Below, in pieces: positions 49,112 through 61,386 of a stretch of 64,000 bases of DNA. The DNA is from Chloroflexota bacterium (GTDB lineage Bacteria > Chloroflexota > UBA11872 > VXOZ01), in assembly GCA_963662335.2 (NCBI GenBank), contig CAXXVD010000001.1, positions 192,001 through 256,000 of the forward strand, written 5' to 3'. Both the position numbers and the translations under genes were made by a program. The notes beneath the pieces are model-generated. The model ran no database searches, had not been told where the DNA came from, and was given only the letters and a program-made list of their open reading frames with translations. Position 1 is the stretch's first letter, and each line of letters opens with the position of its first letter.

Positions 49112-49852
49112 CTATTCTACTGCTTTCACAATCCGCACTCCGTTGAGCGCCATGCTGTACAGAAAGACCAGGTGCAGCACGTCTCCGTCATGGGGCATCA
49201 CGCCGAGCGCCTGCGCCGCCGCTACCGGCAAGTCGTACGTCTGCACGCAGTCTTCCGGCACGACCACGTGGCAATCCCGCTGCGCGGCGTTGGCGGCCAG
49301 CCGCAAGTACATGGCCGTCTGGTAGACGCACAGATCGGTGCAGTCGCCCATAACGAGAAAGTACCGCACCGCGGGATGCCGTTCGAGCCAGTTCGCCAGC
49401 CCGGTGCCGTAAGCCGGGTGCAGCGAATTCTTGGCGATTACCGTGAAGGCCGCGGCGGCGGGCAAGGCCGTCAATTCCGGCACGGTGGCGGACTCCCGGT
49501 CACCGGCTACGCAGTGCGGCCCAAACTGCGCGAATTCCACCGCATCGGCATTGTGAGAATCTTGCGGTAACAGAAAGTGGCGCACGCCCAGCGCATGGCT
49601 GCGTTCGACGGCGTCCGCTACCGGAGAGATGAGTCCCTTGACCCGCTCGCCCGCCAACGGCCCGCTATGACAGAAGCCGTTGACCATGTCCACCACGAAC
49701 ACCGCGACGTTGCGCGCCGCGATGCCGTGAGCGGCCCAGTCGGCTGCCAAGTCAAGCGCTTCCAGACCGGCGCGCCAGTCCGCCAGGAACGCGAGAAACG
49801 CATCGCTGCTCGCATGCAGCGCTTTCGCCCGCTCCGGCATGAGCGTGCTCAC
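49112..49852 (-). CDS. Isochorismatase/nicotinamidase-like cysteine hydrolase
   Basis: VVDMVNGFC, DSH, PHC, KNS, GDCTDLCV. Confidence 0.85.
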   Translation of the reverse strand: MSTLMPERAKALHASSDAFLAFLADWRAGLEALDLAADWAAHGIAARNVAVFVVDMVNGFCHSGPLAGERVKGLISPVADAVERSHALGVRHFLLPQDSHNADAVEFAQFGPHCVAGDRESATVPELTALPAAAAFTVIAKNSLHPAYGTGLANWLERHPAVRYFLVMGDCTDLCVYQTAMYLRLAANAAQRDCHVVVPEDCVQTYDLPVAAAQALGVMPHDGDVLHLVFLYSMALNGVRIVKAVE

Positions 49853-49906
49853 GTGCCGCCTCCTGTCTTACAAATTGCGCCGCTCCGCCGCGTTCTGCCA
49901 CTCTTC

Positions 49907-50695
49907 TCAATCAGCCGGCGCGGGAAGGGTCACGCGAATCTCTTCACCCACGCCCACGTTCAGGGTACGCGCCGCGCTCTCGCTGGGCAAGGCTATTTCG
50001 ATACGTCCGCCGCTATTCACCACCGCCATCAGGCCATTGCCCGCGGCGTAGTGGGACATGATGCCGCATACCGCAAAGTCGCGCACACGAAAACCGGCGC
50101 GCTGCGGCTCCGGGCCGAGGTCTTCAAGCCGCAGGTTGGTAATCAAGTTCCCAAAGCGATCCACGTGGATTACTTCTGCCCTGATATCCTGGCCGCAGCG
50201 CTGCGGCCGCGGCCACGGCAGGCGCATCATGTCCGTACGCGTCGTTCCGAGTTCTTCAGCCTTAACGCCACGGGCGAGATGCGCGGCTACCGGCGCGAAA
50301 ACGTCGCGTCCGTTAAACGTGGCGCTGACCCGCGGCCGCCAGTACGCCGGCCTATCCAGCGTGAAGATGCGGGCCGCGCCGGACTCCGGGACTACGCCCG
50401 TCAACACGCCGTTGTCCGGCGCCGCGAACCGTCCCTGCTCAGTCTCGACCAGCAGCGCCGCCCGCGCGCTGCCCACGCCGGGGTCTACCACGACCACGTG
50501 TATCGAGTTTTGCGGAAAGTGCGGCAGCGCCGTCTCCAGCGCAAACGCCGCCGCCCGCACGTCCTGCGGCGGGACGTCGTGCGTGACGTCAACAATGCGC
50601 GCGTGGGGCGCCAAGCTCAGAATCACGCCCTTCAGCGCGCCCACGAACCCGTCCGCCGTGCCAAAGTCGGTGGTGAGGGTGATGATTGCTGCCAT
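49907..50695 (-). CDS. SAM hydroxide adenosyltransferase/halogenase family (DUF62)
   Basis: ITLTTDFG, VVDPGVGSAR, APDNG, SATFNGRDVFAP, IHVDRFGN. Confidence 0.92.
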   Translation of the reverse strand: MAAIITLTTDFGTADGFVGALKGVILSLAPHARIVDVTHDVPPQDVRAAAFALETALPHFPQNSIHVVVVDPGVGSARAALLVETEQGRFAAPDNGVLTGVVPESGAARIFTLDRPAYWRPRVSATFNGRDVFAPVAAHLARGVKAEELGTTRTDMMRLPWPRPQRCGQDIRAEVIHVDRFGNLITNLRLEDLGPEPQRAGFRVRDFAVCGIMSHYAAGNGLMAVVNSGGRIEIALPSESAARTLNVGVGEEIRVTLPAPAD

Positions 50696-50734
50696 GAACC
50701 GTGAGGTGAGCCGGTTTTTCCGCGCGGCGCCTAC

Positions 50735-51469
50735 CTACGATTTCTCGCCCTCCGCTTTGCGTGTCGTCTGGGCACGGGAAGACGACCGTTGCCCTCGATT
50801 GGAGCCCGCCGACCGCCGACCGCCGCGCGAGCGGCCGGAGGCGGCCTGCCTCCCCCGCGACTGTCTGCCCCGCTGGACCGGCCGCGGCCACAGGTCCGCC
50901 GGCGTAAGCAGCGCCTTGAGATTCTCTTCCACCTGCTGGGCGTCGAGTTCTTCTGACTCCGTCGCCAACGCTACCGCTTGCTTGCTCAAGTTGCGGGTGG
51001 CGCGCTTCTTCCACACCTTGCCCAACGTCTCGACCAACTGTGTCTCGTACTGCTGTCGCCACTCCGCTTGATAGTGAAAGTCGACCGGCTGCGCCATGAC
51101 GCCCGTCTGCGCCAGGCAGCGCGCCATGACGGTATTGGCAAGCTCTTCCCACTTCTTCCCCCGTGCGGCGGCGGCAAGCGCGAACAGGGCCGGCGGCTGC
51201 TTCGCTAGGGCTTCGGCGGCGTCCTGCGCCAGTTGCTCGTCATCCAATGCCGCCAGCGCCGCGGCGAGAGCCTGATACGGACCCAAGTCGCATTCGCCCG
51301 GCTCGAGCGCGGCCGCGGCCGCAATCGCGGCCCGCGCCCAACCCTGCGCCGCGTCCTTGTCCGCTTCCGCTTCCGCCTCCGCCAGCCGCTGCGCCTCCTG
51401 CGCGGCCACCACCACCTGCGTGGCCGGAACGTCATTCCAAACCAACGCCGGCAAACTCGTCGCATTCAT
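50735..51469 (-). CDS. Hypothetical Ala-rich helical protein with Arg-rich C-terminal tail
   Basis: 244-aa ORF with host-like codon style, co-oriented between valS and DUF62; preceded by AGAAGGA. Confidence 0.6.
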   Translation of the reverse strand: MNATSLPALVWNDVPATQVVVAAQEAQRLAEAEAEADKDAAQGWARAAIAAAAALEPGECDLGPYQALAAALAALDDEQLAQDAAEALAKQPPALFALAAAARGKKWEELANTVMARCLAQTGVMAQPVDFHYQAEWRQQYETQLVETLGKVWKKRATRNLSKQAVALATESEELDAQQVEENLKALLTPADLWPRPVQRGRQSRGRQAASGRSRGGRRSAGSNRGQRSSSRAQTTRKAEGEKS

Positions 51470-51682
51470 CGTATCGTCTCATCCTTCTGTATTTCGCTTG
51501 GAGCGATTCGGTTCAATTCTCCACTGCAACGGCCGTCAAATGGCTTCGCAATCCGCGCTTCGTGCGCGCCGGCCCTGCCACGGTACCGCGCGTTTGCTAC
51601 GTGCGTCCGCCGGCACGCTACCAACAATCCGCATTATCCCAGGCTTCACGACGGAAGGCTACCGCCCAGAGGCGGACAGCCT

Positions 51683-54379
<2,697 letters not shown>

Positions 54380-54440
54380 CCTCGCGCTGTCCTCTCTGGT
54401 ATTCACCGTGTCGAGCGGCACTGATTCTCGCGGTCTATAC

Positions 54441-54478
54441 AACAAAAAGCCCGCTCTCATCACCTGACGAAAGCGGCC
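54441..54478 (-). terminator. Intrinsic terminator-like hairpin just upstream of valS
   Basis: Minus strand CCGCTTTCGTC-aggt-GATGAGAGCGG-GCTTTTTGTT. Confidence 0.6.
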
Positions 54479-54636
54479 AAACTACAGTAGAAATGGAGAG
54501 CCGCGCTGCTGCGCGCGCAGCCGAGCGCAACGCGGCCAGCCAATCAGAATCCTCGCAACTCTTTCTGTATGCGCGATACCCCACAGTCCATTGGAACCTA
54601 CCATGCAGATTACGGGCAATAGCCTCTACGCAAACA

Positions 54637-54671
54637 GACTTCACAACGAGCCGCCCGGCCGCTGTGAAGCC
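54637..54671 (-). terminator. Hairpin downstream of tRNA-Glu
   Basis: CTTCACAACGAGCCG / CGGCCGCTGTGAAG imperfect stem, followed by TGTTT on the minus strand. Confidence 0.45.
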
Positions 54672-54678
54672 CCCACCT

Positions 54679-54755
54679 TGGTAGCGCATACGGGATTCGA
54701 ACCCGTGATCTCCGCCTTGAGAGGGCGGTGTCCTAGGCCTCTAGACGAATGCGCC
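54679..54755 (-). tRNA. tRNA-Glu (anticodon CTC)
   Basis: GGCGCATTCGTCTAGAGGCCTAGGACACCGCCCTCTCAAGGCGGAGATCACGGGTTCGAATCCCGTATGCGCTACCA; 77 nt with cloverleaf, T-loop GTTCGAAT and encoded CCA. Confidence 0.96.
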
Positions 54756-54788
54756 ACACCTGTATCCCCACACAGGCCGTATATTTCG

Positions 54789-54817
54789 AGTATAAGCGAA
54801 ACCGTTCAGCCAGTCAA
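54789..54817 (-). promoter_or_regulatory. Sigma70 promoter of tRNA-Glu
   Basis: TTGACT-17 nt-TATACT on the minus strand. Confidence 0.75.
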
Positions 54818-55112
54818 GGTTGGAAAACTGACGGCCATAGGCAGGCGCATTCATAGTCAAGCTGGTACACAAACACACTTAAACCGAGTGACTCACACAC
54901 AGTCTCGACCGTCAATGCCTCTTTTGGGTCTATTCCGACTGTTCTACGGGGGCGCAAAAACTGCCGCGCCACGCGCCTGCGCCTCGACGGCGTCGGCTTG
55001 GCGCTTGCCCTACATTCCGTACCTGGAATATGATGCGCCCAAGCCTTGAGACGTCGAATGTCCGAACGAGGACGTGCGCCCGGATGAATTGTGAGAGGAT
55101 AGGGTCAGTCAA

Positions 55113-55448
55113 GTGTGTGGACGCAAACCGTTCAGTGACCTGACCAAAGACTTCACGCCGGCGCGCCGCCGGCGCATCGAGAACTTGAAGCGGCAATTGC
55201 TCGCGGAAATGCCGTTGCACGAGTTGCGCCGGGCGCGCGCGTTAACCCAGCGAGACCTCGCCGAGGCGCTGCGGGTGAATCAGCCCGCGATCTCCAAGCT
55301 GGAACAGCGGGCCGACGTGTACGTCTCCAGCCTGCGCTCGTACATCGAGGCGGCGGGCGGCAAACTGAAGATCGTCGCCGAGTTTCCCGAAGGCGAAGTG
55401 ACAATCACGAACTTCTCCGACGTGGGAGATGGGGAGCAAACCCCGTAG
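55113..55448 (+). CDS. XRE-family HTH protein, HigA-like orphan antitoxin
   Basis: LHELRRARALTQRDLAEALRVNQPAISKLEQRADVYVSSLRSYIEAAGGKLKIVAEFP. Confidence 0.85.
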   Translation: MCGRKPFSDLTKDFTPARRRRIENLKRQLLAEMPLHELRRARALTQRDLAEALRVNQPAISKLEQRADVYVSSLRSYIEAAGGKLKIVAEFPEGEVTITNFSDVGDGEQTP

Positions 55449-55552
55449 CCCGCGCCATGCATGAAGCTTCGCGCACTGCCCCGGTCCGGGCCGCCATGCG
55501 GCAAACCGGTGGATACGCGCGGGGCATCGCGGTTTAGGACACCAAGAGAAAA

Positions 55553-56671
55553 ATGCGAACCGTGCGTGCAGCCGTCCTCCTGCTGCTGACCTTTGGCTTG
55601 CTGCTGACAAGCTGCCTGAGTCCCGCGGAAGAGCGTTCCGTCTTCAAGGCGGCGCTGCTGCTAACCGAGGTGCTGCCGCAGATACCCATCAAACCGCTCA
55701 ACGCCGCCGGCAATCCTATCCGCCAGGAGCGCACGTTCTACGACGGCACAGACGCAGCGCTGGTGGGCGACCTCTACCTGCCCGACGGCGAGGGCCCGTA
55801 CGGCGCAATCCTCATCTACCTGGGCATCGCCTCACCCGCGGACGATCCCTATGCCCAGGCGCTGGTGCGCGGCCTGGCGCGGCAAGGCATCGTGGTGCTC
55901 GTGCACCAATCGCGCCGCATGGAAGCCGGCATCATCGACCCTGCGGAGATCGAAGGCGTCGTGCAAGCGGTGCTCTACTTGCGCGCGCGGCCTGAGGTTG
56001 ACCGCGAGCGGATCGGTATTCTGGGGTTCTCCGTCGGCGCGGGCCTGGCGCTGCGGGCGGCGGCCGATCCCCGCGTCCGCGACCACGTGGCGTTCGTGCA
56101 CAGCTTTGGCGGCTACTATAACGCGGCGAACGTGCTCAGCGCGGTAACTACGCAGCAGGTGCTTGCCGGTGATAGGGCTGTGTCGTGGCAGCCTGACCCG
56201 CTGGCCGCGGACCTATTCCAACACGCCCTCTTGGCCACGGTAGAGAGTGATGCGGAACGGGCGCAGTTGCAGGCCGCCCTTGCCGGTGACGCCGAGCCGC
56301 CGGACATGCTCTCGCAGCGCGGACGCACCCTAATCGCTCTCTACGCAAACACAGACCCGCGCCGCACCCGGGAAATCCTCGCGGGCGACCCCACTCTGGT
56401 GGGTTGGCTGGAGGACATCTCGCCCGCCCCCGCCATGAAGGACGTGCGCGCGCGCCTCTACGTCGCCCACGACCACGCCGACGCCTTTCTGCCCTACAGC
56501 GAGTCGCTGCTCCTGGCAGAGGCCGCCCAAGAGCACACGACCGTGGTCTTCCAGTCGTTCGTGCTCTTTGCCCACCTCTATCCCACCAACGACGCCAACC
56601 GGCTCATCTTCCTGCGCGAAGTGTGGAATCTTTACTGGCACGTGGTGGCGGTGCTGGCGGAAGTGGCCTGA
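55553..56671 (+). CDS. Alpha/beta-fold hydrolase, probable lipoprotein
   Basis: LTSC lipobox, GDLYLP, VDRERIGILGFSVGAG nucleophile elbow, HDHADAFLP, FAH. Confidence 0.75.
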   Translation: MRTVRAAVLLLLTFGLLLTSCLSPAEERSVFKAALLLTEVLPQIPIKPLNAAGNPIRQERTFYDGTDAALVGDLYLPDGEGPYGAILIYLGIASPADDPYAQALVRGLARQGIVVLVHQSRRMEAGIIDPAEIEGVVQAVLYLRARPEVDRERIGILGFSVGAGLALRAAADPRVRDHVAFVHSFGGYYNAANVLSAVTTQQVLAGDRAVSWQPDPLAADLFQHALLATVESDAERAQLQAALAGDAEPPDMLSQRGRTLIALYANTDPRRTREILAGDPTLVGWLEDISPAPAMKDVRARLYVAHDHADAFLPYSESLLLAEAAQEHTTVVFQSFVLFAHLYPTNDANRLIFLREVWNLYWHVVAVLAEVA

Positions 56672-56692
56672 TTTGCCTGCCCGCCGGGCGGA

Positions 56693-56926
56693 CGCAGGTT
56701 GCAAACCTGCGCTACCGGAGAGGACGGCGTTCGCTCTTTCCAGATTGCTCCGCACTCCCGGCTAGCGTAGCGCGGGGGCTTGTCCCCCGCCTCTTGGATC
56801 CACCATGCCAGCCGTAGCGCGGGGGCTTGTCCTCCGCTGGCGTCGCGTTGCGTTGAACGGGCGTCGCATGAATGCCAGTATTCAGCCTGCCAAAAGGTGT
56901 AGGGGCACGACATGTCGTGCCCCTAC
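56693..56926. repeat. Cluster of REP-like palindromes (families G, D, D, E)
   Basis: CGCAGGTTGCAAACCTGCGCTAC (56693); GTAGCGCGGGGGCTTGTCCCCCGC (56767, 56814); GTAGGGGCACGACATGTCGTGCCCCTAC (56899). Confidence 0.8.
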
Positions 56927-56994
56927 ACCCTCATGCCAGCGTCCTAGGAGTCATGGCAGTTCGCTGCCGCCGGGCGCGGCAGGTTCGCGTATTC

Positions 56995-58662
56995 CTACAT
57001 GCGTTCCGGCGCGGACATGCCCATCAAACTCAGGCAGCGCGCCAGCACGAGTTTGGCGGCTTGCGCCAACTCCAAGCGCGCGCGGGAAAGCGCCGCGTTC
57101 TCCGGGTCTATCACCCGGCAATCGCGGTAGAAGGCGTGGAAGAGCGCCGCCAACTCCTGCGCGTAGAACGCCAGCCGGTGGGGCGCATGTTGCAGCGCCA
57201 CGTCCTCGATGAGTTCAGGCAGGCGGATCATCAGCCGCAGCAGCGTCAGTTCCGCCGGATGCCGCAGGAGTTCCAAGTCGGCGGCGCCCGGCGCAATGCC
57301 CTCGCGCCCGGCGCGTTCCAGGATACTCGCCGTGCGCGCGTGGGCGTACTGGATGTAGTACACCGGGTTCTCGTCGGACTCCTGCTGCGCCAAGTCCAGG
57401 TCGAAACTCATCGCCGTATCGGGCGAGCGCGCCACCAGGAAGTAGCGGCTGGCGTCCACCCCGACCTCTTCCACCACCTCGCGCACGGTCACCACGTCGC
57501 CGGTGCGTTTGGACATGCGCACCTCTTCACCGCCCCGCAGCACGCGCACGAGTTGGTAGAGCAGAATCGTCAGCCGCTCCGGGTCGTGGCCGAGCGCCGC
57601 CAGCGAGGCTTTCACCCGCGGCACGTGGCCGTGGTGGTCCGCGCCCCAGACGTCGATGAGGCTGGTGAAGCCACGCTCCAGCTTGTAGGCATGGTACGCG
57701 ATGTCGGCGGCAAAGTAGGTCGGTTCGCCGTTGCTGCGCACGAGCACGTTGTCTTTGTCTTCCTCGACGTCCGTTGAAACGAACCAGGTCGCGCCCTCCC
57801 GCTCGGCCACCCGCCCGCGTTCGCGCAGGGTGTCGATGGCGGCCTGTACCCGGCCTTCATCCTCCAGCCACGCCTGCGAGAGCCACTCGTCGAACTCCAC
57901 GCCTAAAAGCGCGCAGTCCTCGCGGATGGAATCCAGCATCAGCGCCAGGCCGCGTTCGTGCAGCGCGTTCAGGGCCTCGTCCTCGGGGAGCCCCAGCAAG
58001 GCGTTTCCTTCTTCCTTGTCGATCTGCGCGGCAAGTTCCACCATGTACTCACCGGCGTAGCCGTCCGGCGGCACGTGGGCGTCGAGACCGTGCAACTGCT
58101 GGTAGCGCGCCAGCAGCGTGCGGGCAAAGGTGTCCATCTGGCTGCCCACGTCGTTGACGTAGTACTCCCGCTGCACGCGGTAATTCGCGGCCGCCAGCGC
58201 CCGCGCCAGGGTATCGCCCAGCACGATGTTGCGTCCGCTGCCGATGGTGAGCGGGCCGGTGGGGTTGGCGCTGCAGAATTCGATTTGCAAAGCCGCGCCG
58301 CCGCCCATGTCGCAGTTGCCGTAGGCGGCGCCCTGAGCGACGATCTCGCCCACCTGCCGCGCCAGCCACGTTTCGCTCAAGTGAAAGTTGATGAACCCCG
58401 GCGGCGCCACGCTCACCTCGGCCAGATAGTCACTCTCCGGCAGCGCCGCCGCGATCACCGCGGCAACCTGCATGGGCGGCATGCGCACGGCGCGCGAAAG
58501 CCGCAACGCCAGGTTGGAGGCGTAATCGGCCTTCTCCGGCGGGGCGTACTCCACCGTCACGTCGGTGTTCGCCAACGGCGGCAGTTTGTTCTGCTCTTGC
58601 GCAACGCTCAAGGCCTGCGCCAGAAGCCCGCGAATGTGCGCGCGCGCTGATTGTCTACTCAT
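56995..58662 (-). CDS. argS: Arginyl-tRNA synthetase
   Basis: EFCSANPTGPLTIGSGR, REYYVND, WGADHHG, MSKRTG, NPVYYIQYAHAR, SAPERM. Confidence 0.96.
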   Translation of the reverse strand: MSRQSARAHIRGLLAQALSVAQEQNKLPPLANTDVTVEYAPPEKADYASNLALRLSRAVRMPPMQVAAVIAAALPESDYLAEVSVAPPGFINFHLSETWLARQVGEIVAQGAAYGNCDMGGGAALQIEFCSANPTGPLTIGSGRNIVLGDTLARALAAANYRVQREYYVNDVGSQMDTFARTLLARYQQLHGLDAHVPPDGYAGEYMVELAAQIDKEEGNALLGLPEDEALNALHERGLALMLDSIREDCALLGVEFDEWLSQAWLEDEGRVQAAIDTLRERGRVAEREGATWFVSTDVEEDKDNVLVRSNGEPTYFAADIAYHAYKLERGFTSLIDVWGADHHGHVPRVKASLAALGHDPERLTILLYQLVRVLRGGEEVRMSKRTGDVVTVREVVEEVGVDASRYFLVARSPDTAMSFDLDLAQQESDENPVYYIQYAHARTASILERAGREGIAPGAADLELLRHPAELTLLRLMIRLPELIEDVALQHAPHRLAFYAQELAALFHAFYRDCRVIDPENAALSRARLELAQAAKLVLARCLSLMGMSAPERM

Positions 58663-58799
58663 ATTCCCAGTCCCACCCGGTTCCGCCCCGCATCGGCGAA
58701 GGGCTTACTCTACGGTTCCCCTGCTCTCGGCAGCCTAACTCCAACCCGCCCCCGCCATCCGTACGCGGGCTTCTCCCCCGCAATCGTCCCGCGTCTGTC

Positions 58800-58823
58800 G
58801 TAGCGCGGGGGCTTGTCCCCCGC
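58800..58823. repeat. REP-like palindrome, family D
   Basis: GTAGCGCGGGGGCTTGTCCCCCGC. Confidence 0.8.
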
Positions 58824-59039
58824 CCCTTGGCGTCAACACAACCCCAAATAAAGATAGCGACCGCATCGTGGCCGCTATTCGTACTCTCTATACTACGTCC
58901 TCGCGCCGCCGTTTTCAAGCCATTGGCGTGTTTAGACAGGCTACAAACCCATCCGCGTGCCGCCACTCAATGCGTGGTATGCTAGTGCTACCGCTGCGGC
59001 GGTTAGGTCTCTGCGCCACCAATGAGAGAAGCAACTACC

Positions 59040-59879
59040 ATGATCGTAGACGTACACTCCCACTTATCGGATGCCGCGCTGCACCTCACCGACGAATTCA
59101 AGGCGGATCTCGGCAAGTCGTGGCAAGGGCTCACGATCGACGCGCCGCCCGCGGTCCACCGCCAAGCCGCGGACGCCGTGGACGCCATCATCGTCTTCCC
59201 ACTCTGGGCGCCGCACAGCGGCATCGTGGTGCCCAACGAGTACGTGGCCGACTACGTGCGCGGCGCCGGCGAAAACGTGATCGGCTTTGCCAGCGTGGAC
59301 GCCAACGACGCGGACGCTCCCGACCAACTGGAGCACGCGGTGAAGCAACTCGGGCTGCGCGGCCTCAAGATCGGCCCCATCTACCAGGGCTACGACCCCC
59401 TCTCCGACGGGGCGCTCGCCATGTTCGCCAAGGCCGAGGCGCTCGGCCTGCCCGTCATGTGGCACCATGGCACGACCTTCGTGCGCAAAGCGCCGCTAAT
59501 GTACGCACAGCCCTGGCAGGTGGATGAGGTGGCCATACGCTTTCCGGACCTCAAGATCATCGTGGCCCACATGGGGCATCCTGGCGTAGGCGAGACCGTC
59601 TCGGTGGTGCGCAAGCAGCCCAACGTCTACACCGACATCAGCGGCCTCTATCCCCGGCCCTGGCAGTACTACAACGCCCTGATCACCGCCATCGAGTACG
59701 GCGCGGCGCACAAGCTACTCTTTGGCACGGACTTCCCGCTCTTCTCCGCCGCCGACACCATAGCCGGCCTGCGCAACGTGAATGCCCTGGTGGCAGGCAC
59801 GTCGCTGCCGCGCGTGCCGGACAACGTGATCGAGGAGATCATCCACCGGGAGAGCTTGTCGTTGCTCGGGCTGGAGTAA
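59040..59879 (+). CDS. Amidohydrolase_2 family protein
   Basis: IVDVHSH, NEYVA, GLRGLK, WHHG, IVAHMGHP, LFGTDFP. Confidence 0.88.
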   Translation: MIVDVHSHLSDAALHLTDEFKADLGKSWQGLTIDAPPAVHRQAADAVDAIIVFPLWAPHSGIVVPNEYVADYVRGAGENVIGFASVDANDADAPDQLEHAVKQLGLRGLKIGPIYQGYDPLSDGALAMFAKAEALGLPVMWHHGTTFVRKAPLMYAQPWQVDEVAIRFPDLKIIVAHMGHPGVGETVSVVRKQPNVYTDISGLYPRPWQYYNALITAIEYGAAHKLLFGTDFPLFSAADTIAGLRNVNALVAGTSLPRVPDNVIEEIIHRESLSLLGLE

Positions 59880-59988
59880 TCCCGATTGTCGGCCGGGCTT
59901 TTCTGCCGAAGGTGGCCCGCCGAGACTCGTTCCTGCTGAAGCCACTCGCTCTGCCCGTTCCTGGTCGTTCGCGCTGAGCCGCACTTGG

Positions 59989-60089
59989 CCGTTCGTGCTG
60001 AGCCTGTCGAAGCATGAACGGCCAAGAGCGGCGGCGCTGCCCAGCAACCGTCCCCGCCGTTCACCCTTCGACACGCTCAGGGCGAACGG
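59989..60089. repeat. REP-like doublet, family C
   Basis: CCGTTCGTGCTGAGCCTGTCGAAGCATGAACGG ... CCGTTCACCCTTCGACACGCTCAGGGCGAACGG. Confidence 0.8.
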
Positions 60090-60168
60090 CTCCGGTATCC
60101 CGCCCAAACGGCGACCTGCGCTACTGGCGCACGGCTTTCGCAGTCGGCGCGAAGGGCCTGCCTGCCGT

Positions 60169-60612
60169 TCACTCTTCCGAGGGTTTTTCAGCGTGCCCTG
60201 CCGGCTCCCGGCCAAAGAACCGCCCCATGACCCAGTCATTCACGCCCCAGGCGCGCAGGGCCGAGTAGAGCACCCAGAGGCTGAACACCCGCTGCAACGT
60301 GGCCTGCGAAAGCTGCTGCGCGACCGCAGCCGCCAGCAGTCCGGCCGCCACCGCGCCAATCGCGATCAAGAGCACCGGCTTCAGTTGCAGGTTCTTCATG
60401 CGGTAGTGGGTGATCGCGCCGGCGAGCGTGGTGGGAATCATCACCACCAGCGAAATGCCCTGGCCGATGTGCTGGCCGTAGCCCAGGATGAGCACCGCCG
60501 CCGGCACCATGATGATGCCGCCGCCCACGCCCATGGTGCCGCTGAGCAGACCCGCGCCAAAGCCGATGAGCAGGCTGAAGAGAAAGACGCCGAGTTCCGG
60601 CTCCAGGGTCAT
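60169..60612 (-). CDS. Half-size TauE/SafE (TSUP) transporter
   Basis: GLLSGTMGVGGGIIMVP, QHIGQGISL; about 4 TM helices. Confidence 0.8.
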   Translation of the reverse strand: MTLEPELGVFLFSLLIGFGAGLLSGTMGVGGGIIMVPAAVLILGYGQHIGQGISLVVMIPTTLAGAITHYRMKNLQLKPVLLIAIGAVAAGLLAAAVAQQLSQATLQRVFSLWVLYSALRAWGVNDWVMGRFFGREPAGHAEKPSEE

Positions 60613-61151
60613 TCCGCCGCCTCCTCAGCCGCCTCTTCTTCATTCGCCTCTTCTTCAGACGGCGCGCTCTCAACCAGGTCTTCGCGGTGGAATATCAGGC
60701 TCCACGCCGTCATGACCGCCAGGAGAACCAGACCGGCAATCAGGATCGCGTTGCCAAGCACCGGATGCTGCAACAACATGCGCAGGCCGACCGCCGTCAA
60801 CAAGATGGCAAAGAGGCGGCGCAACTGCTTTTGATTGATGCGGTGGGAGATGCGCACGCCAAGCGGCGCGGCAATGACGGCGCTAATCATGAAACCGGCG
60901 CCGGCGATGTACGCCGGCACGTCATTCCCAGGCGGCTCGTCGCGCGGCCACAGGGCGTAGACCAACGCCGCGGCAATAGCGGTGGGCACGATTGCGCCCA
61001 GGCTGACCGCATGGGCCTCGCGCTGCGAGAGGGCCAGATAGGCCGTAATCAAGGGCACGATGACGACGCCGCCGCCCACACCGGCAAGACCGGCCAGCGT
61101 GCCGCCGGCCACGCCGACGGCAACGTAGCGCCAAAGGGGAATTGCGTTCAT
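60609..61151 (-). CDS. Half-size TauE/SafE (TSUP) transporter
   Basis: GTLAGLAGVGGGVVIVP, AHAVSL, LRRLFA; 4-bp ATGA overlap with the next gene. Confidence 0.8.
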   Translation of the reverse strand: MNAIPLWRYVAVGVAGGTLAGLAGVGGGVVIVPLITAYLALSQREAHAVSLGAIVPTAIAAALVYALWPRDEPPGNDVPAYIAGAGFMISAVIAAPLGVRISHRINQKQLRRLFAILLTAVGLRMLLQHPVLGNAILIAGLVLLAVMTAWSLIFHREDLVESAPSEEEANEEEAAEEAAE

Positions 61152-61248
61152 GGCTTCCAAATGGTAGCACGGCGTCCCCGCGCCCACAACGCGGCCCAGA
61201 ACTACGGCGCACGTCTACTTTCCGGCGGACGAAAACCACACGGAGCCA

Positions 61249-61362
61249 TGTCATTCCGAGCGCAGCGAGGAATCTAGGGCGTCCATTCTGGATTCCGGCT
61301 TTCGCCGGAATGACGGAAGGCCAGACTCCGGCGTGTAGGGGCACGACATGTCGTGCCCCTAC
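61249..61362. repeat. Mixed REP cluster (B arm, A arm, E palindrome)
   Basis: TGTCATTCCGAGCGCAGCGAGGAATCT, TGGATTCCGGCTTTCGCCGGAATGAC, GTAGGGGCACGACATGTCGTGCCCCTAC. Confidence 0.8.
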
Positions 61363-61386
61363 ACGCGGCGGAACGGTTGCCCGGAA

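Noticed and set aside
54445-54485. Hammerhead ribozyme core (CTGACGA...GAAA)
   Set aside because: There is no stem II between the core elements; the sequence is explained by the minus-strand terminator.
54440-54640. Canonical T-box riboswitch for valS
   Set aside because: There is no clean TGGNACC motif next to the terminator and no identifiable stem I or Val specifier. Kept only as a low-interest finding.
54679-55448. tRNA-anchored genomic island
   Set aside because: No integrase and no duplicated tRNA 3' end; the HigA-like gene lies on the 5' side of the tRNA.
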